A stretch of DNA of 64,000 nt from contig NC_045697.1 of the NCBI RefSeq assembly GCF_009834535.1, positions 97,218,001 to 97,282,000 of the forward strand, given 5' to 3'. The DNA is from Camelus ferus (taxonomy: Eukaryota). Positions 49,726-62,983 of this stretch are shown one piece after another. Under the pieces are notes generated by a model. That model saw nothing but the letters and a program-made list of their open reading frames with translations, made no database searches and was not told the origin of the DNA. How positions within the stretch are numbered: position 1 is the stretch's first letter; the number at the start of each line of letters is the position of its first letter. A program made the translations under genes and the position numbers.

Positions 49726-52700
49726 GTATAGCCGGACCAGAGTCCATCATACAAATACTCATAAATAGTTCAGTTTATAGAAGTCATACCAGTTGACCCA
49801 TGCTCTCAGACTCTTAGTGCCTTCTTCCATCTGTGGATAAAAAGCATACCTTAAGTTCTTATATCAGAAATAAGTTCTTTCTTCTCTGCAGCTTAAACGC
49901 TTTAAGTCTATTCATTAGAAACACAGGCTATATTCTTATGGGTTCAGTGACTTTTCTACTTAATAAGATGCAAGTTTATTAACACTAGAAACCAAAATAC
50001 TTTCATAGTATTTGTCTGCCAGTAAAATAATTTTACTCTTTCTTTGTTATCCCATTATATAAATTTTATAAAACAAACATAGGCTTGCTCTTTTTTTCTC
50101 ATATCCCCAATACAAATGATCACAAAGAGAACTTTAAATCAGTTGATAAAATTTACTTGAATTCTCAGAGTTATCAAAGTGCTGACCCACACTTATCATA
50201 TCAATTTGGGGTTCTGTTTTGAACAACTCGGACTTTAATATGATGACAATCTATGTATGCCTGCTCTATTAAAGAATTGTTCATGCATTTTACACAATAG
50301 GTAAGCATATTAAGCATAACTTCTAATTCTTTGGCTATAAAAATAATATTTATATTTTTTAATAAAAGTATAAAATCTCAGTTTAATGAAAAGAATCCCA
50401 TTTATCATGTCTGCTCATCCTCAGTCAGCATTTAACAGGAACATGCATTCTCATCAGATCTTTGTGTGTCTAGATTTAATCAGGAAGAGACCAAATTAAA
50501 CCAAGTACTTAGGATAATTGGGACTATAAACAGAAGCAAAAAAAATTGCCTTCTTTTTCTTTAAGCACTGAATATAAAGATATATATCCTCTATTCTTTA
50601 ATATATTTCAATGGTCTAATGCTTATCAAAGTCATTTTAATGCCATGACAATTCTAAAATTATTCTTGTGTAACAGTGACTGAGTTTTAGCTATAAAATA
50701 ACTCATTACTTATGTTATCAAGGGCCAAATTTGAATCATCTGTATTGTCTAATTTTTTCTTCCTTAACTTGTCTTCACTCAATTTGTCAATAATATGCAC
50801 TGGCAGAGTAAAGCCTACAGCTGATCAGTTTCTGATTGGAATTCATCCTTAGGAAATAATGTCATAATAGCTAATGTTTAGAACAGGAAAAAATATTTTA
50901 AAACTTTTTCTGTATATAGTATTCTCTCATTTACTTGATATCCTTGTAAATGCTCTAATGATCCTGTTTTGAAGCTTAAATTTTCGTGTCGTTTCAGAGG
51001 ACTGTATTGCCAAAAAGAACCTTACAGACTCCATGTATATGTCTTTTTCACCAACTATAGATATTATAATACTCGAGGTCATGAACTTCCTCTTTGTATC
51101 CTGTATGGGACCCTGAGCGCAGTAGGTACTCAGCTAATATTTGTTGATAGGTTACATGATTCATACATGTGATGATTTTAAGACTCTAGCAATTGATTTT
51201 ATACTTCTTTAACACTGAATGACAGAAAAATAGACAATTTACAGGTTAAGAAATTAAGAGGTTTTGTACTGCGGGTGAGCTAATTGCAACCATGGTTTCT
51301 AGGTACAAGATATTCTTATCTATTAATGTTAAATTTTATGTGTGATGTGTGCTATTCAGTAGGTAAACTGAAATCTTAAATGTGTTTAAGATCCAACTTG
51401 ACATGTGTTAAGCTTATTTATCTTACTTAATTTAGAGTTTGCTTTCAGGAAATATAATCATTTCAAAATTTGGAAAACACACAAGAAGGAAATAGTTTTG
51501 CCCATATTTTTGGCAATTGAAAGTGAAATAGATATCAATTATTTCCTCTAGTTATAATATTTGAAGAAAAGTACCTGGAATATTTCATACTTTTGCAGGA
51601 CAGTTTGACTTCTAATTTAAATCTATATTTGAGAAATAAGAAAAGGTATTATTTTATTTTCTCTGAAGATAATCTTTAATTTTTCATTGCTGTAATTCCG
51701 CTATATATGACTCCTTACTCATTTCCGCATAAAACCATCTTTTTTTTAACTCCCTTGGTGAGACTTTGGTATTTTGTCTAAGATATTAGTGGAAGAATTA
51801 TTATTGGTGTCAGAAATGACTCCTTATAAAGACCTTATTAAAATTTGTGTAGCTAGGTCCAACATATTGTCAGAGACACTGACACAAGTCCCAGTTAAGA
51901 CCCCTTTAGTCATCCTAAGTCTGTGCTTCTGATTAATCATGTGGGCACAATGAAGAGTCAGACATTGGTTTATTGACTTCTATTCAAAACTATAAATATC
52001 TCACAATAGATTCATAGAGATTCATAAATTTAAATTATTTCTAAGGGTACCACTGTATTATTTATGTATTTTAGAACACAAGAAAAAAGTAAGGAATTCT
52101 GTTATTTACTGGACACTCAGAATTTATAAAGTGCAATTAAAAAATAGGTATGGGTGATTTTTTAAGCCTGTATCCAAGTAGTCACTTAGGAGTTTATAGT
52201 CCCAATCCAGTGATGGTCCCATCTTTTAGACATTTTGGAAAACCTCTTTGGGAAGTAGCTTTATAGTTTGTGGTGTATTTTATTGAGTCACCCAGTAGAA
52301 CTGGACTTTGATACCTTAAATTTGGATTTCATTCAAGAAAAAAGATGTAATGTATTTGGAACCAAAACTCATGAAAAATGTAAGTGATGGAATTGGTCTG
52401 TGCCATTTTTAGCCCCCAAATAGTCTGTGTTTTAAATAGTTATAAGATTGATTTTTGTTTCTGCAGGACTCATATGTTTGCAAGAAAATACAACAAAAGA
52501 GGTTTTCCAAATTCTTTGGTAATGGAATAAATAGACCCTCTCTCAAGATATTCGTTTTAAAGAACAGCTCTCCTTTGATGGACTAAATTTAGGCATGTTT
52601 ATTAAAATAGGAATTATTTATAGTTACACTTTGTACTTTCACCTAGGAAAAATAAGAGGCTATCAGATTGGGGTCATAATCCAGCTTTGAGGCTATCCTG

Positions 52701-55700
52701 TGGCTTGTCAGAGATCTGCAAGACAGTCAAGGGTGGTAACAAAATTGTTATCAGTAGCTTTTTACAAGTTTTTTTGAAAGACAAAATGCCTTTCCCTGTG
52801 ATCTTCTAATTTGGTCCTTACCTTTATTAAATTAACTGTTATAGTGTTACTTGAATTTTTAGTCTGGGAATTATTTGGGCTTAAACAATCAATCTAAGCT
52901 AATAACTCCCTGTTTCCCTTACTATTCTTGTAGGCAAGAATTGGGCAGTTTTCCAGCAAAGAAAGTGCTGACTATAAATCCAGAAACTGAAGAATTACAT
53001 CCTAGTTTCAGTTGCTGCCATAAATTAGGAAGGAACATAACAAGAGTGGCATTTTAAAATTGAGTCTAAATGTTTGTAGAAAATTCATCAAAAAGTGAGT
53101 TCCTCCTAAAAAGCCTGTGAAACCAGCTGTAACTGAACAGATGTAATTTTGTGGAATTTATTTCCACAGAAACTTAGAGCTTCACTCTAAACTCTTTTTA
53201 ATTATACATCTTCAGGAAGGGCCTCTGTCTCTTGAGGCCAGGCCAATACTGACTTGAACTTGGAAGTTTTGAGTCATAGTTCTTTTTTAAGTCTTGTTTA
53301 AGATAGTTATTGATCTCAGTGTTTCTTCTCTTTTTAAATTAATGTCTTAGTAATAATAATTGGGGCTTCATATAAGGCATATGTTATTAAAATTCTTAAT
53401 TAATAAAATCAGAATAAATGAAGCATTATTTCCAAATTCATTCATACATTCATTTAATATATTTTTATTGAGTGTTTTAGTTTGGATGCAATGCTAAAAA
53501 TTAGAGCTGTAAATATAAAAACAAAAATGAATAGGTTTCATGCCCTTGTGAATCCAATAATTTATCAAAGTCAGGAAATTACTTCAGAGAATTATTACCC
53601 TATTGTAAGCCATACATACATCTCAGGTTTATCTAAATTGTTAGAAGTAGACAAGGAAAGCCAATAGTATTATCACTGATACCACCGTCTTTGAAATAGA
53701 CATTTATAATAATAAAGCATATATATAAATATTAATTTTGAAGAATGATTTTCATTATCATTGAATATTATGATTGGATAACACTGTATATAATTTTGAT
53801 AGGAGCCAGCTCTATGACTTACCATTTCAGGAATTTAATTCATACCCATAAGTTTTGCTTCTTTAAACAAAACAAATACCTAGAGTATCACCCATTTGTT
53901 TGTTTTGCTTTTCCCAGTAGAAACAGGAAACACTTCATTTTTAAAAAGCTGAAGCCAGCATTTTGCACTTAGTTAATTGACTTCTTTGATAACCAAGATG
54001 CTAAGTAATTACTTTTATTAATGTTGTGTGTGCATAGATACTATATTTATTCCCTACCAATATGCTGTATACTTCAGGCAGCTATGTTTTTCTTAACCAT
54101 GTCTCTTGTGAAATAAGGATCCAGAAACCTTTGAGACAAGTCCAATTTTTAAACACAGTAAGGCTTCAGGATTAGGAAAGGTATCTAGTGAAACTGACTT
54201 GACCATTTCAAACAATAATTTATTATTAAATTGTTGTACTTAATAAAGCTAGTTAGAACCTCATGTGAATTTTTGGTTACATTCAACCAATGAAAAATGT
54301 TTAACTGAATAAAAAAATTTTCTTGTACTTCTGATTTCTTATAGTCAAACAGAAAAATGTATATTTTCCCCTGCATTTTGTGTTTTAATCTGAAAAGTGA
54401 GTTGTTTCTAGAAAGGAGCAGTTTTTGTAAAAATAAATCTTTTATCTTTTACATGTAAATCAAGGGTTAGAGTTGGCTTCAGTATAAGATGTTAGATATA
54501 TTAAAGTTTATAAAATTAGTAGTACATATAACATCTGTTAAAACTTTTTTGTTTAGCTTAATAAACAAAAAAGATTTTTGTTTAGTTACTAGAACCACAT
54601 TTAAAGCTAGATTTAACCACATTTTAAACAAGATTTTTCAATTTAGAATAGATACTCTCTTATTTAATAATGTTATCTATGTGTATAGTTCCTTTCTTCA
54701 GTGTCTGAAAGCACTTTACTAATAATCTTTACATGCCAGAAAAATATCTAGAATGAAGATAGAGATCAGAAAATAATATGATGATTTATTTTATAGAATA
54801 TAGACTTGAGAATCAGTATGTGACATCCAAATTTGTTTGGCTTTATATGTACAGTTAGAAGTAGCATGACACTGACCATCGATATAAGGAGTATTGTGTG
54901 CTGTTAGGTTCTTTAAGTGAAAATGCATTTTTTTTAGTTTTTATGAATAGCAATGTAAGGGCTGATAAATATGAAATATGCTGATAGTGAATTGTAAGCT
55001 CATGATGAAGGAATTATATGTTTTGAACAGAAAATAAATATGTTATTCCAGGAAATGAATGGTAATTCTAGATATGGCATTGTAGAAATAAATAGAAAAG
55101 AGATTATTTCCCCTGAAAAATTTGACTGATGAAAAGAATAGATATACTCTATCTCAGAATTATGTGGTTATATAAATGGGGTGACTTTTTTCATGAAAAC
55201 AACCAAAACAAACCCTTGTAAATAATGAATGTCAGTTAAAATGTATAATGTCTTTCTTTTTCCCCTTGAATATATGACTCTGGAAAAGTCAAAGATATTT
55301 TCAATAGTGATCTTGTGGATATAATTAACATAGTGATAACTGCCCAAACCCATTATCAGATCTACATTTTAGTTTTCGTTGCTAACTATAATTTATAAAT
55401 ACATTTGCTAAGTTTTATGTAACGTCTTCTGTCAAGACACTTCCAGGGTACCAACCTGGTATGATAATAGTCACTGGATTAATAACTATGTCTGATTAAA
55501 AATTATTTGGGCCTGGATTCTGATTTGAACAGTCTATATCTAGAAAGGGATTAGGATAAAACTGAAAAATATCATGAGAAAAATAAGATACTAGAAGATT
55601 TTTAAAGGAAGAAAGTTTATTATGGTTTGCTAATAAAAATTACGATTCAGGGTATAATATTTGCTTTGCCCTTGAAGAATAAAAAAGTATGCAGTTGAAA

Positions 55701-55799
55701 ATGTGAAACTAGAAATACACTTTTGAGAGTTGTCTTCACTGAACGTATAGTTAAAGTGCCATGATTAGATAAAATGGACAAAGAAGGGAGAAAGGCAAC

Positions 55800-56015
55800 T
55801 CTATCCAAGGCACACAACTTGCCTGCTGTACACAAGGCATGAAACTTGCATTATTCCATTTCATTTATCAGCTAGACTGTGATGCAGGTTTTATTTCTGC
55901 TTACTACAGATGAATAACCTGAGGCGCAGGCTATGTAACTTGTCAAAAATTCCAAAATTTATAGTGTAGATCAAGGAATTGATCTGATGGGACAGACTTC
56001 AAAGTCCATGCTCTC
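55800..56015 (-). mobile_element. MIR SINE
   Basis: tacagatgaataacctgaggcgcagg...gtaacttgtcaaaa...gacttcaaagtccatgctct. Confidence 0.65.
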
Positions 56016-56609
56016 AGAAAGAAGAGAAAACATACATGTGGAAGATAAAATAACAAGCAGGACAAAGGCAGGACCAAAGAAGATGTGGAAGATGCTACTT
56101 ATTTGCTATATTCTGATCTTGACACCTTCTTTCCTTTTCTTGAGTGAATGTCATTTGCTGCCAACCAAGTATTTATTACAGGAGCAAATATGACAGCCTA
56201 AAATTGAATTCGTTTTCTTGAAGGGTGAGATGTCTGCCCTCAGAATATGTGACATGAATTAATCCTGTACTTTTGATAAACAGGAGTTGAGCACCCACTT
56301 CAGTAATTGCTATTAATGATACCTCTAGTGAGTCATTCCTGGCTCATTTTTATCTTCTCCTTTCCTTTCAAACATCTTAGGTGAAACATTATATCAGCAA
56401 TCTTTGTAGCGCTGCCATGTCTGTGTTTGTAAGTAGGAGAAAACATGTTCCCTTTTAAGATAAAGACACAGGAAGATCTCTAGGGAGAACTTTATCCTGG
56501 AGGACAGAATTAAGGGTGATTATATCACAAGGCTTTGTACTGAAGGTTCAAATATTGGTCTGTGCTTAACTAGGGAAAGGACTTGGGAAATGGCTCACTG
56601 ATACACAAT

Positions 56610-56790
56610 GAAAGCTACAACTTACCGAGTTTCTACTATGCACCAAGTAATCCATCAAGTTCTGTTCTTTGATTTTCTTGGGTCCGTACAATAGCCCTTC
56701 AAAGTAGCTATTACATTTTTCATTTTGCAGTGGAGGAAACTGATGCTAATCAAAGTTTACATTAGGTCTGTTCAACTCCAGATTACTGTT
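56610..56790 (-). mobile_element. MIR SINE
   Basis: cttaccgagtttctactatgcaccaag...cattttgcagtggaggaaactga. Confidence 0.7.
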
Positions 56791-58799
56791 ACTCAGTATG
56801 CTAATTGTCTGTCTGTCGTCTAGACTATGGTAAATCTGTTCCCTGACCCTTCTCTTTCACTTCCATTCCTTCCATCTTCATGAGAACCTGGCTCAATGGA
56901 ATATCCATCTCATCACTCAACATCTCCTTTAGGTTCCTTCTTATCAACATCTAAGACTCAAGTCTTTTCTGTCTTAGATGTTTCCTTTTGTGTTTAGGCA
57001 CACTTTGTTGCTGCATAGATTTCTCAAAACTTATTTACTCCTCAGTCCTTAAATGAATACAGTTTGATGTCTGCCCGCATCACTCCAGGGGAATAAACAT
57101 CTGCAAAGTTCAAACAATGACTTTTTACTAAATCATATAAACCCTAGTCAGAGCTTATTTCACTTGACTGCTCTTCTTAGCAGCATTTCACATTCTTGAC
57201 CACATTCTTCTTATCAACCCATACAAAATACTCTTTAATAGATGGGCATTGGATTTAGTGTACATGTGTTTGCATGCCAGTTCTATCTCTTCATTATAGA
57301 ATTCTGGACAAAGTTTTATTTTATTTTAAAAATTCATAGGGACCTATTTGGAGGAGACAAAATACGTACACATAAAAATATGTTGGCATGCAGGGAATTA
57401 AAAATAAGAAGCAATAGACAGTTTCTGGTGTCTATTTTAGATTGAACAGACAAGGAGGACTTTTCTGAAAAGGACATGTTTAGGCTGATACATGGTAAGG
57501 GACACTGGGGTGATAATGTCAGGCCAGTCAGAAGGAACAATCTTGTTATTTTTGAGGACTCAAAAGGCCTGTGGGTCTACAGGAAGGCTGAGCAAATAAG
57601 AGAGTGATATAACATGAAGGGGAAGAGAAACAAGTGCTAGAAGATATAGGGCTTTGTAAACAAAGGTAAGGAGTCAATATTTTATTCTTAGAGTGTTAAA
57701 TGCTTACCCTTGTATGTCTGTAGCCAACTATATATGAACAGTTGATCAAAAAGACCCAGTAGGAAGCTGGATCTCATTTGACTATAAATCTGAAGTACTT
57801 GGAGGAGAACAAGACAGGATATAGGGATTTCTATTTTACATCAAGAGAAAATCAGACAAAAATACCTAGCTCAAATATGGGTTGAGCCATCAGGCATTTG
57901 GTCTTGGTGAGTTCTGCTCTATCTACTATCTGCACTTTTGAATTAAGATTGGAAGGTTGTAAATAGTCGCTCTTACACGATGTTGGTGGGGATCCTCAGC
58001 CCATTCATTGATGAAATGCTTTGAAATTCACCAATATTGGTGAATTTGCCAATAAGTAATTCAGAGGAGTTTGATGAACAGTTCAAGGGATTTCTCTCAT
58101 AGCATTTATGGTTGTTATATGGATTAACAGAAATGCAGCTAGTGCAGCATTTGGAACATAGTAGGTGCTTCTGCTATAGATAGATATAGATAAAGATATA
58201 GATATAAATAAAGATATATAGATCTAACCAGAGGCACAGACATATACATATAATAGTTAGAGATGGCCCAGGATTTTAATTGAGATACTTTTACATTTTT
58301 TTTGCATCTTTATTCTGTCATAATTCAAGTTAGTTTTAGATCTCAACTTAAAGCTGTGAATTTAATCATAATTCTGGAAATTTTATTTGATTTATAGTGT
58401 TCACTTACCAATACATTATCTCAAATAATGCATACACTCTTACTATTTGTGTGCATTAATCTCATTTCGCAGATAAATTGTCTAGATTAATCAAGGACCA
58501 GGCAAGATGTAAAGACATCTGAATATATCAATAGGGCCCACTCTTGGCTGAAAAGGATCCTAAACAAGGAAAAAATAATAATACTGCGTTTTTAAAACAT
58601 GGTCATGCTTTGACCTATTGTCAGCCCAAAATTCTGGAAAAATAAGTGCAAGAAAAGGAGTTACAAAGTGTCTCTGCATCTTGCCAAAACTTACACAGCT
58701 GCTCAGTGATAACCCTAGACCACACAACTCTTTTACAAATCTGATTGCCTTATATTTATAATATTGCAAGAATTTATTAAAAATCTTGACATTAGAGAT

Positions 58800-59860
58800 G
58801 GGTAAATCATCTGAAGCAATACAGGAATCTCAGCTTCCAAAAGCAAAATGGAAGGCATATGGCACTACATATAATTTGTTTAATTGTATAACAAAAAATA
58901 CCAAAACTAGTATGTATATAGGAAATGTTAACTTGGGAAATATTTGCAGTACAAATGGTAGACAAAGGATTATGCTTACCATAAAAAATGGCAAATATGC
59001 ATTTATGCTTATCATAAAAATTACAAATGCAAACTAATTAAAAAACAGATAAGCAATAATAGTGGCCAAAGTTTATGGCATTTCAAACAAGGGAGGTTTA
59101 AATGGCCAAAAACATAGAAGATGATCAATCGTAGTAATCAGAATCAGAGAAATGCAAATTATATAAACTAATGTAGCACATGAGGTTGACAAAAATTTTA
59201 GAAAGGAAAAGCATCTAGTGATAGGGAGATTTCTCATTCTGATTGATGGAGTAGAAATCTGGGGGACCTTTGGAAATAAAATGGGAATTGGCATAAAAAT
59301 CTGTCAGTAGCTATTAAAATTTAAAATACCATAATGTTTGACCCAGAAATCCTATTTTTTAGATGACCTTATAGAAATAAAATAAAATGTAACATATATA
59401 CAAGAATTTTTACTGCAAGGATTTTTATGTGCATGTATTTTATTATATTTAAAGCAGCAAAAAGTAAAAAATCATCAGTGGCAGAGTTATTCAGTAATTA
59501 TAACAAATCTGAATTAGATGTATATTAATTTAATGAGAAAAATGGCCATTATATTTTTAGGCTAAAAAATGTATAAAAGTTATAAAAATATATGCACAAA
59601 TGTGTATAACAGCCTTTATCATAACAACTATAACAATAAACCATGCATATATGTATGCATATTTTTATGTATGTCCAATGAGCATTCATAAAAGTATGAA
59701 AAAAATATGTCATGCTCTTATTGTTGGTTAATTCAGTATGGTGGAAGGAGATTAAGAACTTTTGCCTTACACTTTGAATTGATCTGCTAGCTTAAGTAAA
59801 CATGTGCTACTTTCATAATTTATATAGATAATACATTTTAAAAATAAATATAAATTATTT
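58800..59860 (+). mobile_element. Old L1 (L1ME-type) ORF2 3' end and 3'UTR remnant
   Basis: aatggccaaaaacatagaagatgatcaatc...atcagagaaatgcaaatt; tttgacccagaaatcctattt; catgtgctactttcataatt. Confidence 0.75.
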
Positions 59861-60833
59861 TTAATGGAATAAATGCAATAGTGTTACTCAGTTTTCAGAA
59901 AAAAATATTTTGATACTGTTTTCTGTCTTTTCTAGCTACAGCCTCATTTCCAATATTGCTTTTTCAAACTCACTTTCATCGTAAGTTTATTTGGATATTT
60001 CTCTGATCCATGGTATCTCAATTCTAATTAAGGGTTAAAACAGCTGAAGTGCAGAGTTTATGCTCCACAGAGCCCTAATATGGCTTAGAATATGTAACTA
60101 TTTGGCAGACGAATCGAGCACAAGCCTACTTTCTTTTTAAAAAATGAGAATTTATCATTTCAAAGGAAGGTATATTTTTCTTTCAAGTTTCTCTGCTTTC
60201 TCTGAATATTACAAAACACTGCAACATAATCAAATTCCCAAACAGTGCTTATTTATCACCTTAATATACCAGTGCTCTACTAGCCAATGCACGAAAGAAA
60301 TTAAGCAGCTATTATCACTTTATCCCTGCTGATCAGAAACTAATAAAAACACATTAATAATAAAATATAGTTAAATATAAAAGGTCATGTAACAAGATGA
60401 AGCAATAGAAAAAGTAAACATTATACAATTAAACACACACCTCCACAAATTCTCACTACTGAGACTGTTTTGGCTGCAGGAAGAGCCAGAGTTATGATTA
60501 GGGAAAAGAGAATAAAGGAGGTTAAAAGACATGTAGATTGTATAGAGATGTATAAGGATCTTATATGAATGATTGATTCTTACATAAAGAAATAGGCTGA
60601 GAATGTCAACTCTTAAAAAAAAACCGAAGCAAAGTAACACAAACTTCAGAAAGCAGACATACAAACAAAACCTACATTCTTTGCAGGGCAGAGTCAGATA
60701 AACAGAATTAACCATTGTCTAAAAGTATCCTATTTGCCCTAGATTTTATAGATGAGTGTGTCCACTGACAGCAAAAAAAGACATACAGTAGGTAAGACCC
60801 CGTCACTTGGCGACTAAAGGACATGGAACCTTA

Positions 60834-61408
60834 TGTCAAGTTAGAGAAATAAGGCGGGAATCTCAGTCATGTAGGGATCATTTGAAAAAATCCAAGACAG
60901 CCCCGCTATTGGTAGCCAATTCTCCATAGGTCTCACCTTTTTTTTTTTTTTTTTTTTTTAACATTTTGTGAGCCAGAAGCATTGATTGCTTTGGTCCTGA
61001 CTGTCGTTTTAAGTATGTTTGTATAGCAAAAAGCCTTGAAGTTAAAGATAGTGTCTCCCTCCAAAGCAGAGAACAGACATGCGTATTATCTGGGATAATA
61101 AGGAGAAGAACTGCCAAAAGAGAAAGGAAAGGCATACTTTTTCCCCACTGTGAAAGATCTGGGTTCTCTAAGCTCAGTGGTCCTCCCTCTAATGCCACCC
61201 ACCTGGGCCCGTTTGTGTTTCCCTGTGGGACTTGGGAAAAGGAAAACTGATGCCCATATGCTGCTCTGCTCCTTTCTGTGCAAAATATGATAAGTTCTTT
61301 GTTTTTGACCCAGGAGTCTCATGTCTTCCCCCAGCATCAGTGAAATTTTGCAGGTTAACTTGTGAGCTTGCAGGTAGTGTAAAATCTCAGACTTCACAGT
61401 TCTTGACA
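60834..61408 (+). mobile_element. LTR of the MER77/MER68-like (ERVL) group
   Basis: Inverted termini tgtcaag...cttgaca. The 3' part tttgacccaggagtctcatgtcttc...gcttgcaggtagtgtaaaatctcagacttcacagttcttgaca is typical of this group. Contains a poly-T run at ~60938-60959. Confidence 0.7.
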
Positions 61409-62983
61409 TTACTGGTGACAGGGTTGGGGCAATTACACAGGTATGGCTTTTTGGAAGTGGGAGGAGGAGGGTGATGTGGCACAAGTAATGGGATTCAGTA
61501 GAAGTCTGTAGGGATCAGGAGTGAACTTATATTTTACAGAAGTATTTGTTTACAAGGGGTTGGAAACTTTACAAAGAAAGAGAGAAAGAAAAAGGAAGTG
61601 AGGGTGGGGGTGGGAGGAAGAAAGGGTAGGAAGGGAGAAAGAGATGGTGGAAGGGAGGGAATAAGGGAGGAGGGCCCATTACCACTGTGGTTTTTGAAGC
61701 ACTGCTTAAAGAAAGTCTTTTAAATCCAAAAGTGTATGTGGATTGTTATAACAAGAAGATTCTTTGGGTGTGATAAATCCAATGCTGTTGTAATGTTGGT
61801 TAGTAAGTGTTTTGATATGCTTAATGTATGTGGTTTTAAGTTTGTGTTTGCTTAAAGTGTTTTGACTGTACTAGGTGACAGATGTGTGAGTTCAGCCTGA
61901 GGCTCTTCTTATTTCTAATGAACAAATTGACCTAGATAACCCTTCTTAACAAAATTTGACCTTTTATTTAATGTGTTAGCAAAGCCATTCAATCTCTTTG
62001 CATGACATTTCAAATGTATATTATTTGCAGCCACATCATATTATGTGTGTGTGTCTATGATCATCTTTCTCTTTCTCTGTAAGTCCCAAATCAAGACATT
62101 AACTGTCAATTTAGGATGATAATTTAAAATAAATGATGAAGAAATTCTGACTTAACTAACACACATATATATAGAAACCTTGTTAAATAATATAATTTTG
62201 CAGACCTGTGACTTTATTGATCAAAAACTGAGTATTTCTTAAATGAGACATCTTGGTTCTTACAGTGTCAAAACCTGCATTTTAAAGAGGTCTCAGGAAA
62301 TTCTGTCAAAAAACTAAAGAAGATGACTGAAAAGAACAATGAACATCTTCATGTGCTAGGTTTCATACTGAGTCTTTTCAAATTCTGTGGCTTATTTAAG
62401 CTTACTTTTTTTAAAAGTGTTGTTTGGTTAACATTCATTAGCCATACCCTGCTGATAACAAGAAATAAACTTAATAGGCAGCTGGGTGAGAATGAATGTA
62501 GCAGAGTTGAAATTGCCTTGGGCTAGTGACCCAAAGACTTATTTTTCTCCAGTGCCACTGCTTATTAAACATATTACCAAATAAAATATATATTAAAATT
62601 CCCTCTAAAGTCTTTTGAATGTATTATTGAGACTCAGGTATCACTGTACACTGATGTATTAGTTGGCAATATGTGTGCATACATACATATGCATATATCT
62701 GTATATACAAATATACACATACATACACATATATGCATATAATCACACAGAAACACACAAGATCATTTATAACATTAATCTGTGGAGCTCAGTACTCATT
62801 CTATCAGCACTGGTTTGATCCTCATATCTGATATCCACAATTTTATACTGGAGAAATTGAGTGACACAGGAAAAAGTAATTGTATTTAAAAACATGGTTT
62901 AAATAAAAATTCATGTTTTCCTAGCTTAGTTGGATTCTTAATACTATTTATCAGTTGTCTCTGGTCAACATCAGGATCCAGCC

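Noticed and set aside
46470..52530. Isolated plus-strand exon-like segments (46492-46554 and 52467-52518)
   Set aside because: Donors are weak, the peptides are unrecognisable and do not chain into a model; expected by chance in AT-rich DNA.
60371..61484. ORFs of 106-132 aa
   Set aside because: They fall in low-complexity or LTR-derived sequence, one crosses a poly-T run, and none has protein-like features.
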